The position numbers and the translations under genes were made by a program. A DNA stretch of 38,031 nucleotides from Welwitschia mirabilis (Eukaryota): positions 43,650,429 to 43,688,459 of the forward strand of contig JBOZIK010000001.1 of NCBI GenBank assembly GCA_051453625.1, read 5' to 3'. Numbering within the stretch: the first letter of the stretch is position 1; each line of letters begins with the position of its first letter. Positions 10,470 through 22,774 of the stretch are shown here, in pieces. Below the pieces are notes generated by a model. It saw only the letters and a list, made by a program, of their open reading frames with translations, made no database searches and was not told the DNA's origin.

Positions 10470-13400
10470 ATGTATGATAAAATATGGTTAACAAAAAATA
10501 TTAGAGATAGTAGACATTTATAGAATCAAATATCCAAGAAGGCTTGATTAACTTAAAAATTATCTTAGGTATGCATAGCAAAGGTATATAAAGTTTATAA
10601 ATTCCAAAAAATTTTTATTTTTTTTTAGGTCTGATTTTACAAGATAAAATTTTTTAAAAAAAATTTTTGATGATAGTTTTCAAGTTTTCAACATTTATAG
10701 CTCATTACAGAAGTAAAATCAAACTACTTTTCCTAATTCATCCTTTATTATTAGAATCCTTATGACTATATCTATTGAAAGAAATGTCAATGTCATTCTT
10801 AGAGATTTGATTACTGATAAAAAACATAAAATCTAAATCCATTTTAATTTACTATTGCAATGCCAATTTATAGGAATTTGATGGTGTATTTTGAGTACTT
10901 TTGTAAGACATTCATACAAGTTTTGATGCAATACTAATGACTATGAAGATCTGACAAGATGATTAGTAAATAATGTGATCCTTAGCATTTTTAATAGTTT
11001 TTCAAGATTATTCTAATAACTGCATATTTGAAAGGAGGACCTTATAATGCAAAAGACTGACTTACCTTAGAGAGTGGAGAAAAGCAAGACTGTTGTTCCC
11101 TTTGTCATCCCCATAATAGATGGGACGATGACACTTTCATGGACTGAGGCTGTAGGGCTGACAGCAGTACATGGAGCACATGGAGACATGTGGCATGACA
11201 TTGTCTCCTATGTTGCCCCCGTGACATGTAAGATGATAATACTAGTAACATGGGCAAAAAAACCTATAGGGCTGACAGCATCACAAGGGGTATTTGGAGG
11301 TAGGCATCGTCCCCATAATCATCCCCATAACAGTCAGGACAATAATTTTTTTCATATGTTCAAAAGAAATATCCTTGTAAATGGGGTTAAATATCTCATA
11401 TGGGTTATTAGGGATTTTATTTCCTATCTTTAGGGTTTTGCTTCCAAATCCTAAAATGAAAAACTATAAATACCCTTCCTCTCCTTCATTTATACTACAT
11501 TTTTCATACCTTTGAAGGATTAAAGGGCAAGAGGTCCACCTAGTACTACAGAAAGTAGTATTCTTGGTGTTAAGCTGAGTTTCTTCCATTGAGATTTTGT
11601 TGTTCTGATTGTAAGTGGATGTATGTTATGAATACTCTTTAAGTTAATACAATTTCTCCTTTTCATTTCAATTCTACGGATGTCCCTTATAGTTTATGTT
11701 GGTCATAATTAAGTGATAGATCTATGATTTATTTAGATCATAAGGTCAACCTTAAGTAGTAGATTTGTATTACATCTCTATTTCATTTCATATTGCATAT
11801 TGCATATTATTACTTAGATAACTTTCATAGTTTATGTTGGTTAAGAACTAGTTGGATTTTCTTCTTAATTGATATAAGTTATAGAGAAAGTTGTCTTTGT
11901 GATAGAAGAACTAGGATCTAAGTAGGATCCATTTCTATTTCCATTCACTACATTTCATATTCATTCATTTTACATTACATTTACGTGTTTATTTCCTTTT
12001 AGTTTTATAAGATAAAAGACTAAAAATACTTTTGAAAAAGCAACTCACTAACTCTAAGCCAATTGACTTTATTAGATTACAACATTTAAATGAACTTCCA
12101 TTTATACTAGCATGTGTTTTTTATAAGTTATATGATTTACAAGTTTATCTAAAGGACTTGAAGATTTCATAAATTCACACCACAACATTTATTATTTTCC
12201 AATCATTAATTTACCTAGCCATTGGGTACATTTAATATTTCATTACAATAATAGAAAATGCTTATTAGATCAAAAAGTAATTTGCTAATAAATAAATAAT
12301 AGCCATAAAAAATATGCTTTCATCATTTATGAATAAGTTACATAATCCAATTTCTTGGCATTTTTCCAAAATAGGTATGATAAATATCAATCAAGTGGTA
12401 TCTTTTTATTTTTATAAAAGATAAAGATTCACTAGTGATGAAGAATGTTAAAACTCATAAAACATGCCACTACTTATAATTATGAAGAAAGAATCAGGAT
12501 GAGACTTTTGTCACATATAAATACTTGTCATAATGAATAAATGTTAATCACTTCATAAAAGAAAATGCAACATCATTGTTATGAGTGTTACTTTAGCAGG
12601 AATTAATAAAATAAAATATTAAAATAAGTCTACATAATGAATGTGAATAATTAAAGTTGTTACGAAAATCATTCATATGTAATAAAATGAGAAAATAAGA
12701 AAATAAGGGAATATACTAATAATGATACATTAAATGCAATATTTACAAAAGGAAATAAAATAATATTTATATAACCACTACTTTAGATACTAAATTTATT
12801 ATTAGATAAATAATAAAATACTACAAAATAACATTATTGATTATAATAGTTACAAGAAAATAAAGTAGCTAAAATCATAATTATAGCATAAATAAACTAA
12901 AGAATTATATCTTAAGTAATAATATACTAATAAATAAAGAATTTAGAACTTANNNNNNNNNNNNNNNNNNNNNNNNNNNNNNNNNNNNNNNNNNNNNNNN
13001 NNNNNNNNNNNNNNNNNNNNNNNNNNNNNNNNNNNNNNNNNNNNNNNNNNNNAAAGTTTAAAATCATGGAATCAAGTTTAGGAAGACTTCATTAAAAGAT
13101 TCATAAGTGAAACTATCATTAGAAAATGTAATAAAAAAAATAACCAACTTTTAATAATAGCCTAATAAATATTATGCTTCTACCTATAAGATATTTTTTG
13201 TTTTTCTAAATTCAAACCTTGTAGATGCTTTTTTTTTCAAAAATAATTGGTAGACTACTTTTATAGTAGACTTAATAGTCAAACAAAATAACTAGTTGTT
13301 TTTCCATGTAAAGGAAATTTCTTGATCTTTACCTTAGAAAATTCTTAAAAAGCATTGAAAGAATTTGTAGAAGTAAGTTAAACTCAGTCTAAATCCTCAT

Positions 13401-14010
13401 CTAGAAAAAATTAAATTGTAGATCAAATCAATAAAGATCTTAAAGAGGTTAAGCAAAAAACAGAAGAAATAAGAACCAAAAATGAGCCAACCAATGTCAT
13501 TAAGGATTTTACCTTAACTTTAAAAAAATACACTCAGATGATTTTAAATGCAAAGATGGCAACAGAAAAGAGTGTAGTTACAACTTAAACATGTGATTTG
13601 TATGAATATAATTGTCATGTTACAAAAGAGTGTTGTTTACTTTCAACATACAAAGAAAGAATTTATGAATCCTTAAACTTTAACCAAAATCAAAATCAAA
13701 GTTAAATCTAAAATCGTAATAATTTTCAACCTAGGATAAATGGACAATGCAATTTTAAAAAGTTTCAACAAATCATCCTAACTTTCAACCATTTAAAAAG
13801 AGATTTGAGAACATAATTTTTGATTTAGAAAACTCAGATAATCAAGAAAGCTTATCCAACTCACAAAACTCAAGTGATTCACTTAAAAATTCCATTGATG
13901 AGTTAAGAAAAACACAAGAAAGAATACATTCCAATATAGAAAATATTGTGAGTATTTTACAACAAACAATGTTTGCTAGCCAAAGACCATAAGGATCACT
14001 TACTACTTAA
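10470..14010 (+). pseudogene. gag: Decayed gag of element B, interrupted by a solo LTR, an unknown AT-rich segment and a gap
   Basis: 10470-10852 is homologous to 37120-37450. From 13053 it reads SLKSWNQV*EDFIKRF, followed by LVDYFYS...KGNFL..TLENS (homologous to ORF 1866-2111) and a decayed CDLY..CH..KEC knuckle near 13590. Confidence 0.75.
10853..12187 (+). repeat. Probable solo LTR of a related Athila-like subfamily, nested in gag of element B
   Basis: Bounded by TATTGCAATGCCAATTT...CACCACAACA. Flanks TTTAC/TTTAT fit a TSD with one C>T change. No PBS follows. Homologous to 31416-32289, with a TATA-like CTATAAATA at ~11464. Confidence 0.8.
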
Positions 14011-14429
14011 CCTTTAGCAAATTCTAACAAGTTAACAAAGACTATAGGTTAGTGATAAGAAGTGTAAATATAATAATACTTCTCACCCATGAGGTTGCAA
14101 CATCTCAAAGTGAATAGAAATAAAGAACAAGGGGATATAAAAATTTTAGAAAATCATTCTTTTTCTTCTCCTTTAAACAACAAAAAGAAAAATTCTTTCC
14201 ATAAGAAACCTGCTACCCTTTGGCTTGATAGATTAAATACAAATCCTATCTTTGATGATCATTTAAAAGCCTTAATGCAAAATGTGAGTATTAATTTCTC
14301 ATTTTTAAAACTTTTACAAAAGGATCCTAAGCATTCTAAGTTATTGAAAGATCTGATTAAGAGGAAATAGAAGTGATCTATTCCTAATAAAGTTTCCCTA
14401 GCTCAATCCATTAAGAACTTAGTTTTATA

Positions 14430-14860
14430 AAAATGTCTAAAGTTTAAAGATCTAGGGGTAGAAACTATTAGTATCAGTTTAGAAGAAAATAGATCATTAA
14501 AAAAGCCTTGATGGATATTAGAGATAGTCTCAACATTATGCCCTTGCACATTTATTAAAGACTTAGATTGGAACATAGGATAGAGCCTACAAGATTTTTT
14601 TAGAATTGGTTGATACTTCTGTTAAAAAACTAATAGGTGTAATTAAGGATTCCATCATTCATATTGAAGTAGATTTCTACCATATTCATGCTATTGTGAT
14701 AGAAGTTAAACATAATGATGCTTATCCTTTACTTCTAGGTAGAGCTTTTTGTGCAATAGTCCATTATATTATAGATATAAAAATAGATTTGATAGAGTGT
14801 CATTTAAGAAATAAGAAGTTTTCAGTAAGAGTGTTTGATGTGGCTCAAACTATTTAGGTA
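14430..14860 (+). pseudogene. pol: Aspartic protease domain remnant, element B
   Basis: KFKDLG...KALMDIRDSLNIMP (decayed ALxDLGASxNxMP active site) ...YPLLLGRAFCA. Confidence 0.85.
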
Positions 14861-15339
14861 ATCATTTAAGTGTAGAAAAAGAAATAAAGCCAACTTTGTA
14901 TCTACATCATTATCCACTTAAATAAAAATGGTAAATGATTCACAAACCAAATTTGTTTGATGATTAACAAGAAGTAAATAACTTGAATGTTTTTGATGAA
15001 AATGAACTTTATTTTAACCATCTGAAAATTGATTATTTTGATCTAGAGAGTGCAGAGACTAAGTCTATCAACTATGTAGAAGTTCAAGAACTAAGTAGAA
15101 CTGAGATTTCATACTTTGAGGATGGCATCCACTATTGATTTTTAAATGGAAATATAAAATGATAGTGAACTTTCCTAAAATTTTAATATAAAATAATAAT
15201 CTAAATTCAAATATAAATTTAAAACATTTATCTAGTAGATTCAAATTTTTCTAAATAATGATTTGAATAAACCTTTAATAATCAATAAAAATGTTTCTTT
15301 CTTAACAAGAATCAAGTTTATTCTCTTTTTTCCAATCAA

Positions 15340-17000
15340 AGATAAATGGATTTTTCTTAGTTCCATAAAGATCTAATAGCCATTCCTATCTTAATTATTT
15401 AATATATAATCTAAGTTGAGAATAACACAAAACCTGTTAAGCAACTTCAATTTAGACTTAATCTNNNNNNNNNNNNNNNNNNNNNNNNNNNNNNNNNNNN
15501 NNNNNNNNNNNNNNNNNNNNNNNNNNNNNNNNNNNNNNNNNNNNNNNNNNNNNNNNNNNNNNNNNNNNNNNNNNNNNNNNNNNNNNNNNNNNNNNNNNNN
15601 NNNNNNNNNNNNNNNNNNNNNNNNNNNNNNNNNNNNNNNNNNNNNNNNNNNNNNNNNNNNNNNNNNNNNNNNNNNNNNNNNNNNNNNNNNNNNNNNNNNN
15701 NNNNNNNNNNNNNNNNNNNNNNNNNNNNNNNNNNNNNNNNNNNNNNNNNNNNNNNNNNNNNNNNNNNNNNNNNNNNNNNNNNNNNNNNNNNNNNNNNNNN
15801 NNNNNNNNNNNNNNNNNNNNNNNNNNNNNNNNNNNNNNNNNNNNNNNNNNNNNNNNNNNNNNNNNNNNNNNNNNNNNNNNNNNNNNNNNNNNNNNNNNNN
15901 NNNNNNNNNNNNNNNNNNNNNNNNNNNNNNNNNNNNNNNNNNNNNNNNNNNNNNNNNNNNNNNNNNNNNNNNNNNNNNNNNNNNNNNNNNNNNNNNNNNN
16001 NNNNNNNNNNNNNNNNNNNNNNNNNNNNNNNNNNNNNNNNNNNNNNNNNNNNNNNNNNNNNNNNNNNNNTAAAGATCTAATAGCCATTCCTATCTTAATT
16101 ATTTAATATAAAATCTAAGTTGAGAATAACACAAAACCTGTTAAGCAACTTCAATGTAGACTTAATCTAGTTCTTAAGCAAGTTGTTAAAGATGAAATCA
16201 TAAACTTAATGGATGCTAAAATTATTTATGCCATATCTAATAATGAGTGGATTAGCTCTTTGGTGGTATTACCTAATAAAGATGGGAAATAGAGGATGTT
16301 CATAGATTTTAGAAAATTAAATAAAATAACTTTAAAAAATTACTATTATTTGCCTTTTCTTGATGAGATACTTGATAGGATTTAGGGACATGTATTTTAT
16401 TATTTTTTTGATGAATACAATGGTTACAATTAGGTTTATATTGTTAGTGATAATCAAGCCAAAACTACTTCCACTTTACCTTTTCGTAATTTTGCTATTC
16501 GATGATGCCTTTTGGACTTTATAATGCTCCTAGTACTTTTTTGCATGTTATGATGGATATTGTTCTGATATGTTAGAGGATTTAATTGAAATTTTATAGA
16601 TGAACTCTTTATCTATGCTAAAACCTTTAACTAAATTTAAGATCAATTAGATAAGATCCTTAATTAATGCATTTCTAGTGGTATATATTTAAGCTAAAAA
16701 ATGTTTATTTTTAGTTAAAAGTAAAATTGTTTTAGGTCATCATATTTCAAAAAATGGAATTAGGATGGACCCTAAAAAATTTGGTATTTTTCAAAAGCTA
16801 AATACCCTACAAATGTGAAATAGGTTATATTTTTTCTTGGTCATTATGGTTTTTATCATTAGTTTATTCATCATTATCTAAATATTTGTAAAACCTTTCA
16901 TTCATTATTAGAAAAAATGCTAAATTTATATGGAATGAATCTTGTTAGTTTGCCTTTGATAGGCTTAAACATAAACTTTTTTATGCTCCTATTGTAATGG
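15340..17000 (+). pseudogene. pol: Reverse transcriptase remnant, element B
   Basis: KPVKQLQCRLN..KQVVKDEI, EWISSLVVLPNKDGK*RMFIDFRKLN, YLPFLDEILDR, MPFGLYNAPSTF, IEIFIDE (YxDD position), LGHHISKNGIRMDPKK, FFLGHYGFY. Confidence 0.92.
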
Positions 17001-17380
17001 CACCTAATTGGAAAAAATATTTTAAATTGATGTGTGATGTAAGTAATTTTGTCAAGGATGGGATACTTTGTCAAAAATATGGAATTGATTTTAAAGTTAT
17101 ATCTTATCATAGAAAATCTCTATCTAGTAATTAAATGAATTACACTACTATGGAGAAGAAAATATTAGCCATTATCGTTTCCCTTGATACACTTAGATGT
17201 TATCTTTTAATCTTTCATAAAAATGCTTGTACCAATAATATTATAATTCATTACCTTATGACTAAGAGAGATTATAATTCTAAATTAATTACATGGACCA
17301 TCCTTATATAAGAGTTTAATTTGACTATAATTGATAAAGTAAGGAAGAATAATTGTGTTGTTGATCATTTTGTTCATCAT
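17001..17380 (+). pseudogene. pol: RNase H remnant, element B
   Basis: FKLMCDVSN, NYTTMEKKILAII, KLITWTILI*EFNLTIIDKVRKNNCVVDH: Ty3/Gypsy RNase H motifs. Confidence 0.88.
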
Positions 17381-17559
17381 TTATCTTATCTTTTTCCTTC
17401 TCGTAATGATTCTATCATTGATGATTCTTTTCTGGATGAGTAAAATTTTGCTAAATCTTCTACTCATTTCCATCCTTAATATGTGAATTTTTTTAATTAC
17501 CTTATTACCATGAAAACACTATAACATTTGACTTATAATTAACATAAATCTTTTTTACA

Positions 17560-18720
17560 TAGAATAGGTAAGTATGAATGGATAGAGTAATATTTGTACC
17601 ATAGGTTTAATGATCAAAATATGTGAAAATGTATGTCTAATTCAGAAAAATCTAAAATCATTCATTATTTTCATGGTGCTGTTTATGGAGGATATTTGAT
17701 TAGATAGAAAATGGCTATGTTAATTCTTCATTCTACTTTTTATTGGTCTACTCTTTTTTTGCTAGATAGTGTGGTCCTTATCAGCATTATGATCATCTTA
17801 TTCATGCTCAAAAAATGCTTTCTAGATCTGTTCTCAAATGTAATCCTTTTGATTATTGGATTTTGATTTTATATGACCTATTCACCCACCTTCTCATTAT
17901 AAACATTATATTTTAGTGGCTATATATTATATGATTAAATGAATTGAAGTTATGCCTACTTCTTTGAATGATGTACGAACTATTTTTAATTTTATTAAAC
18001 TCATATTTTTTAGAGATTTGGTTTTCCTGGGATTATTATTAGTAATAAAGGAGCTCATTTTATTAATCAACTTTCTAGGAAACTTCTTTTGTCCATTAGA
18101 ATAAAACATAGAGTATCTTATGTTTATTATCTTTAAACTAATTGACAAGCTGAAAATGAAAACACAAAAGTAAAAAAATATTATAAAAACTTATCTCTGT
18201 TAATAAAAAAACTAAATCCTCTAAGCTTAATAATGTTCTTTGGGCTTACTATACTACTTGGTGTACTTCTCTTGTTTTTTTACCTTATAAACTTGTGTAT
18301 GAAAATGTTTGTATTTTTCTTGNNNNNNNNNNNNNNNNNNNNNNNNNNNNNNNNNNNNNNNNTAATTTTATAGATCTTCTTGAAATTATTAAACATAGCT
18401 TAGTCTAATTAGATCACCTTAATAAAAAATAAACTCATGCTATACATCATCAATTAATCTACAAATCCCAAGCTAAGTTTAAACATGATAAAAGATACTT
18501 TATAAATAGTTTAAACTAGGTTAACTTATTCTTTTATACAATACTAGAGTACATCTTTTGAATAATAAGTTATTCTCTAAATGGTTAGGTCCTTATCTTA
18601 TAAAAAGAGAGTGCATTCTAATGGCTCTATTAAGATTTCAGACTTAGAGACTAAGGAGATTTAGAAAGTTAATGAACAGTCATTGAAATTATATAAAGGA
18701 TCTTTCAATACAATTATAAA
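17560..18720 (+). pseudogene. pol: Integrase remnant with GPY/F tail, element B
   Basis: IIHYFHGAVYGGY, FYWSTLF, PFDYW, YILVAIYY..*IEV, ISNKGAHFIN, VLWAYYT, KLFSKWLGPY and KVNE..LKLY. Confidence 0.88.
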
Positions 18721-20966
18721 TATGATAGAAGCACTTGTTTTGAAGTATTTTTTTTATTATAAGGACTCCCACCCTATCATTTTTTGAGTTCTTTCTTAGC
18801 TTATTTCTTTAATAGATGTCCTGATGTTACTTGATTATGTTTTAAACTTAACTTATGTATTTCTTTATAAGTTTTTCATGATTAGTATTTGTACTAATGA
18901 AATTTTTACATTGGTAATATTGGATTGACCTAATCTTGAGACATTCTCATATTTATGGATTTTACTTTAAAATAAGATTTCATAGTTTTTATGTTTTTTT
19001 TAATGGTATAAGGTCTTTGGTTATTTATAAAGTGTTCTTTTTATCTTTTATCCCAATTATTTACCTTCATATTGTTAAGTATGTAATCATGTGGGAATTT
19101 TTAGGGGAAAAATGAAAAAGAAGAAAAATGAATAATGACTATATATATTGTATTTTGTGATTAAAGAAAAAATACATGATCATTATGATGTTTTTACACT
19201 AGGATAAATTTTTTTCAAGATGAATCTTTATCATTGTTGATAGCTATGGAAACTTTACTAGGGGATTAGTTAGTCATGCTTCATAGGTTATTACTTATCT
19301 GACTATGATTGCACTCCCCTCATTATGAAAAGAGTTGTAATAAACTTTGAAGCTATAGGATCAGTGGTATTTCTAGTATCATATAGGCATTTCTTATTTT
19401 TTAGAATCTTAGTATTTCTCTATGGGTATTTCAGTCTTAGGAATTTGGATGTGTTTATGAGATGTGAGAAAGTAAGTTCATTTCTAAGTAGCTTTTAATC
19501 TTGACATTCATTATTCTATGCACTTGAGTTTTGGTATTACCATAATTACTAACTTTTTAAATGGAACTTTATAGATTTTATATATTTTATCATGCATTTT
19601 TATCCAAGTGATTTTATGATGTCTTCATTAGGAGTTTGCTAGGTTATAATCCAAGGTAGGTAAATAATCTTTTTCTTATCCCTTGTATCCATTTTTGTTT
19701 TGCTTTTCTTTAGTTTTTTTAGTTTGTTATTTGAAAGTCGTTTTCAAATTTTCTTATCTCCACATAGGACTTTATCATTTAGTAGTTTCTTTGCTATTCA
19801 TTTATGCATATCATTTTATTTAGAATTTTAATTCATTACAATATCTTTTATGTTTCATAGATTTTATGAGACTCTTTGTACTTTTAAAGTTTTATGCTTT
19901 ATCTTATTTTATTTTAATTTTAACACATTCATTTAGTTATTATTAATAGGTTTAAGCCTATTTAGTCATTTTCTTTAGCCATTATTTTCTTATTTTGAAG
20001 TTCTTATACTTCATTCTATTTTTTTAAAATTTTCTTTCTCATTTCCTATTTTACTAAGATTTCTAATATATTATGATACTTTAATGATCATATCTCAACA
20101 TAACTTTCTTGGCTCACATCTTTGTTTCTACAAAAACATTTCATGTTCCATTATCCACTTAGTCATCTAAATGATACTAAGCAGATGACAGTATAATTTT
20201 TTTTTCTCAGAGTCATCCTGACTTTATCATCTAGATAACATGACTAGATGATAGTGTGATAAAATTATGGTGTAAATCCTTTTTCCTTATTCTTATTCGT
20301 CTCCTATTAATTTCTACCTATTATTCTTAGAGACAATAATATGTCTTAATCTTGATAGCATTTTGGATCTTCTCTTGCTTGATTCTATGTTCAAATTTTA
20401 GAGTTTTCATTGAATTTGTTAAAATGAGGTATGTTTTTTTCTCCCTCTTATTTTCAATTTTCTTCCTAATTTTTATCCTTTTGACATATAGTTTTCATGT
20501 ATGTTTGTCAGTTTTTTTATGCTCTTTGATTTAGAACTTATGAACCTGAGTTTTACCATGTATTTTGAAAGTTATAATTAGTTGGGTATTTTATGAGATA
20601 ATTTTAAATTTTCATTTTTTACACTAGATTTCGCATAAATCATAGGCCAAAACATAGTGGTCCATTAGGAAAAATTAATTAGTTTGATGTTTTTTACTAT
20701 TCTATTAGATTAGATCTTTCATTTTAGCACTTTGAATTTTATCATAGATGGGATACATTGAAAAAACTACTTTTTCACTTATCGCATGTTTCACATTTTC
20801 TTCTCATGACTAGGTAATCTAGGACATATTAACACTTTTAAGGGGCATAGGATATATTTTCATCATTTTTCTTATTTTTTATCAATTTTTAGGGTTATTA
20901 TTATGCATCCATAAGATGTATTTAATCAGTTTATCTGATCTTGTATGATGTTTTTGTGTATTTTAG

Positions 20967-22240
20967 ATTAAGTAGGTCATGTACATATAGATCTAGATAG
21001 GATGAGGCTAAGGTTGAAGCCATAGAGTAGGAGGTGGATACTTTAATACTTTCAAAGATCAAGTGTGTGAAGCTAATACATCCTCCACCTTGACATAGAT
21101 GTTCTTTAACTATTTAGATAACTAGTATTAATGTTGAGCATTACTTTGGAGATTTCATGAGTGTAATAGAGCCTAAGATTTATTAGAGGCTCATGGATCT
21201 CCAGTTTAGATGGATCATAGATGCATATGAATTACATTATGTATTAGAGATGAGAGATTTCTATAACACCATGCATATAGAGCATCGACCAGATTCTCGT
21301 GATCAATTGGTTAATATAATCATAACTTACATTTGAGATTATGAGATTGCTATACTTTCATCCAATATTGTAGTAGTTACAGATCTTGATTGACTTGGAA
21401 GTCTTCACATTAATTTAGCTAGAGGGACCAAGGAGCACTGTGCATATGGCATTACATTAGATATTGTGGAAAACTTAATGATAGATAGGAAATAAATTCT
21501 AGCCATGCAACTGACCCCAACATATAAAGTACTTCATATAGGTCTGATCCATAACATTAGCTTAGTATTTTATAATAGTCATGCTATAGTTGCACATCTT
21601 TGAATATGGTAACTTTCAAGTGGAGGAGCATATGGACTTATCTACCTTTATTTAGAGAAGACCTAGGTCCATGGTTAAGGCATGATAGTTGTAGGCTCTA
21701 GGTTACTCATGTTTTCTCTTAGCTCTATTTAGATGATTTGAGATACCAAAGATCATGAACAATCATCACCTATTTCATATTCAAACTTTTGCTTTTTATT
21801 TACAGGATATGGATATATAGGTACCAGAAGAGGTATAGTGACCTCTGGTATAGAGACCTATGATTGGTATTACTCTTAAGTAGATACAGCTCCTCCTAGT
21901 AGAGATTACTAAGGCCATTAAAGGTTTTATGAACTATAGTATCCAAACTTTAGACCAATGATCTAGGCTCTAGGCTAAAGAACTTAGACATTAGATCATA
22001 TGATCTTAATGATTGAGAGAAGAGTGTAATAATTTGAGGATCTAATTAGTGTGTTGTCTCTATCTAGTAGATTGTTACAATAGACATTCTAAAGGATATT
22101 CATATCTAGGAGAATGGAATAGTCTGTTTCATTTCCCCATCCTTGGACCTCTATTTCCTTGTAGATCTTGAACATCCTCCCTCTTCTCCCCTTATACTTA
22201 AGCTAGATCCCTAGACTGAGTTTATTATGTGATAATAAGG
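20967..22240 (+). pseudogene. Decayed extra 3' ('env-like') ORF of element B
   Basis: Lies between pol and the 3' LTR. Translation includes HYVLEMRDFYNTM...I*DYEIAILSSNIVVV...LTPTYKVLHIGLIHNI, resembling the Y(P)xLVRxFYxN...LxPxYxxLH motifs of Athila ORF/plant transposon proteins. The family assignment is inference. Confidence 0.6.
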
Positions 22241-22761
22241 GGAGTAATTTTGTCATCTTTTGTATCTCCTCTTCTCTATATTTTTATACTGAAACTTATT
22301 ATTTTATATATACACATCTTTTTTTGAGTTTAGCATGATGTATTTATTTTGATTTTCATGATTATCTTCATTTTTCACATGTTATGTTGAAGATTAATTT
22401 TATTTAAACAATCTTTTAATTATTATTATATATTTCAATAGGAGAGCTTTTAATTATAAAATGCATTACTAATTATTTATATAAAAAATGTTTTGTCATA
22501 GATTCCTATTTTCCAAGACCATTTTTTTAAGCATGTCATTCCCATCATCATCTAGATGATGAATCAGATGATAATATAACTAGTTTTTAAACCGAGTAAA
22601 ATATTTAGTTTTCTGAATTTTTATGATCTAGTTTATATCCTTGAGATTTTTGAAATTCTTTTTTGAAATGATTTCTTTAGTACTTTAGCTTTTTTTATTA
22701 CTAGACAAATTGGCTTGCAATTATGATTTACCACCTAGTTTTACCAGGAACTAATAAGGCT

Positions 22762-22771
22762 AAGTGGAGGA
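22762..22771 (+). promoter_or_regulatory. Polypurine tract of element B
   Basis: AAGTGGAGGA lies 3 nt before the 3' LTR start. Confidence 0.7.
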
Positions 22772-22774
22772 CTA

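Noticed and set aside
11074..11433. 119-aa ORF, the longest N-free ORF
   Set aside because: Lies within the GC-richer repeat zone of a solo LTR, has no recognisable motif, and is not evidently open in the sister LTR at 31416-32289.
16898..18148. Minus-strand ORFs 16898-17110 and 17927-18148
   Set aside because: Antisense shadows of the decayed pol on the plus strand.
20352..20534. Hydrophobic 60-aa ORF as a transmembrane env segment (similarly 3920-4138, 32957-33154, 36769-36954)
   Set aside because: Hydrophobicity reflects T-rich non-coding sequence; the other ORFs lie in LTRs or leaders.
21785..21805. Strong-looking splice acceptor TTTTTATTTACAG|G
   Set aside because: The preceding sequence aligns as coding with element C (LFR*FEIP vs FFR*FKIP), no convincing donor exists, and the site is not evident in element C.
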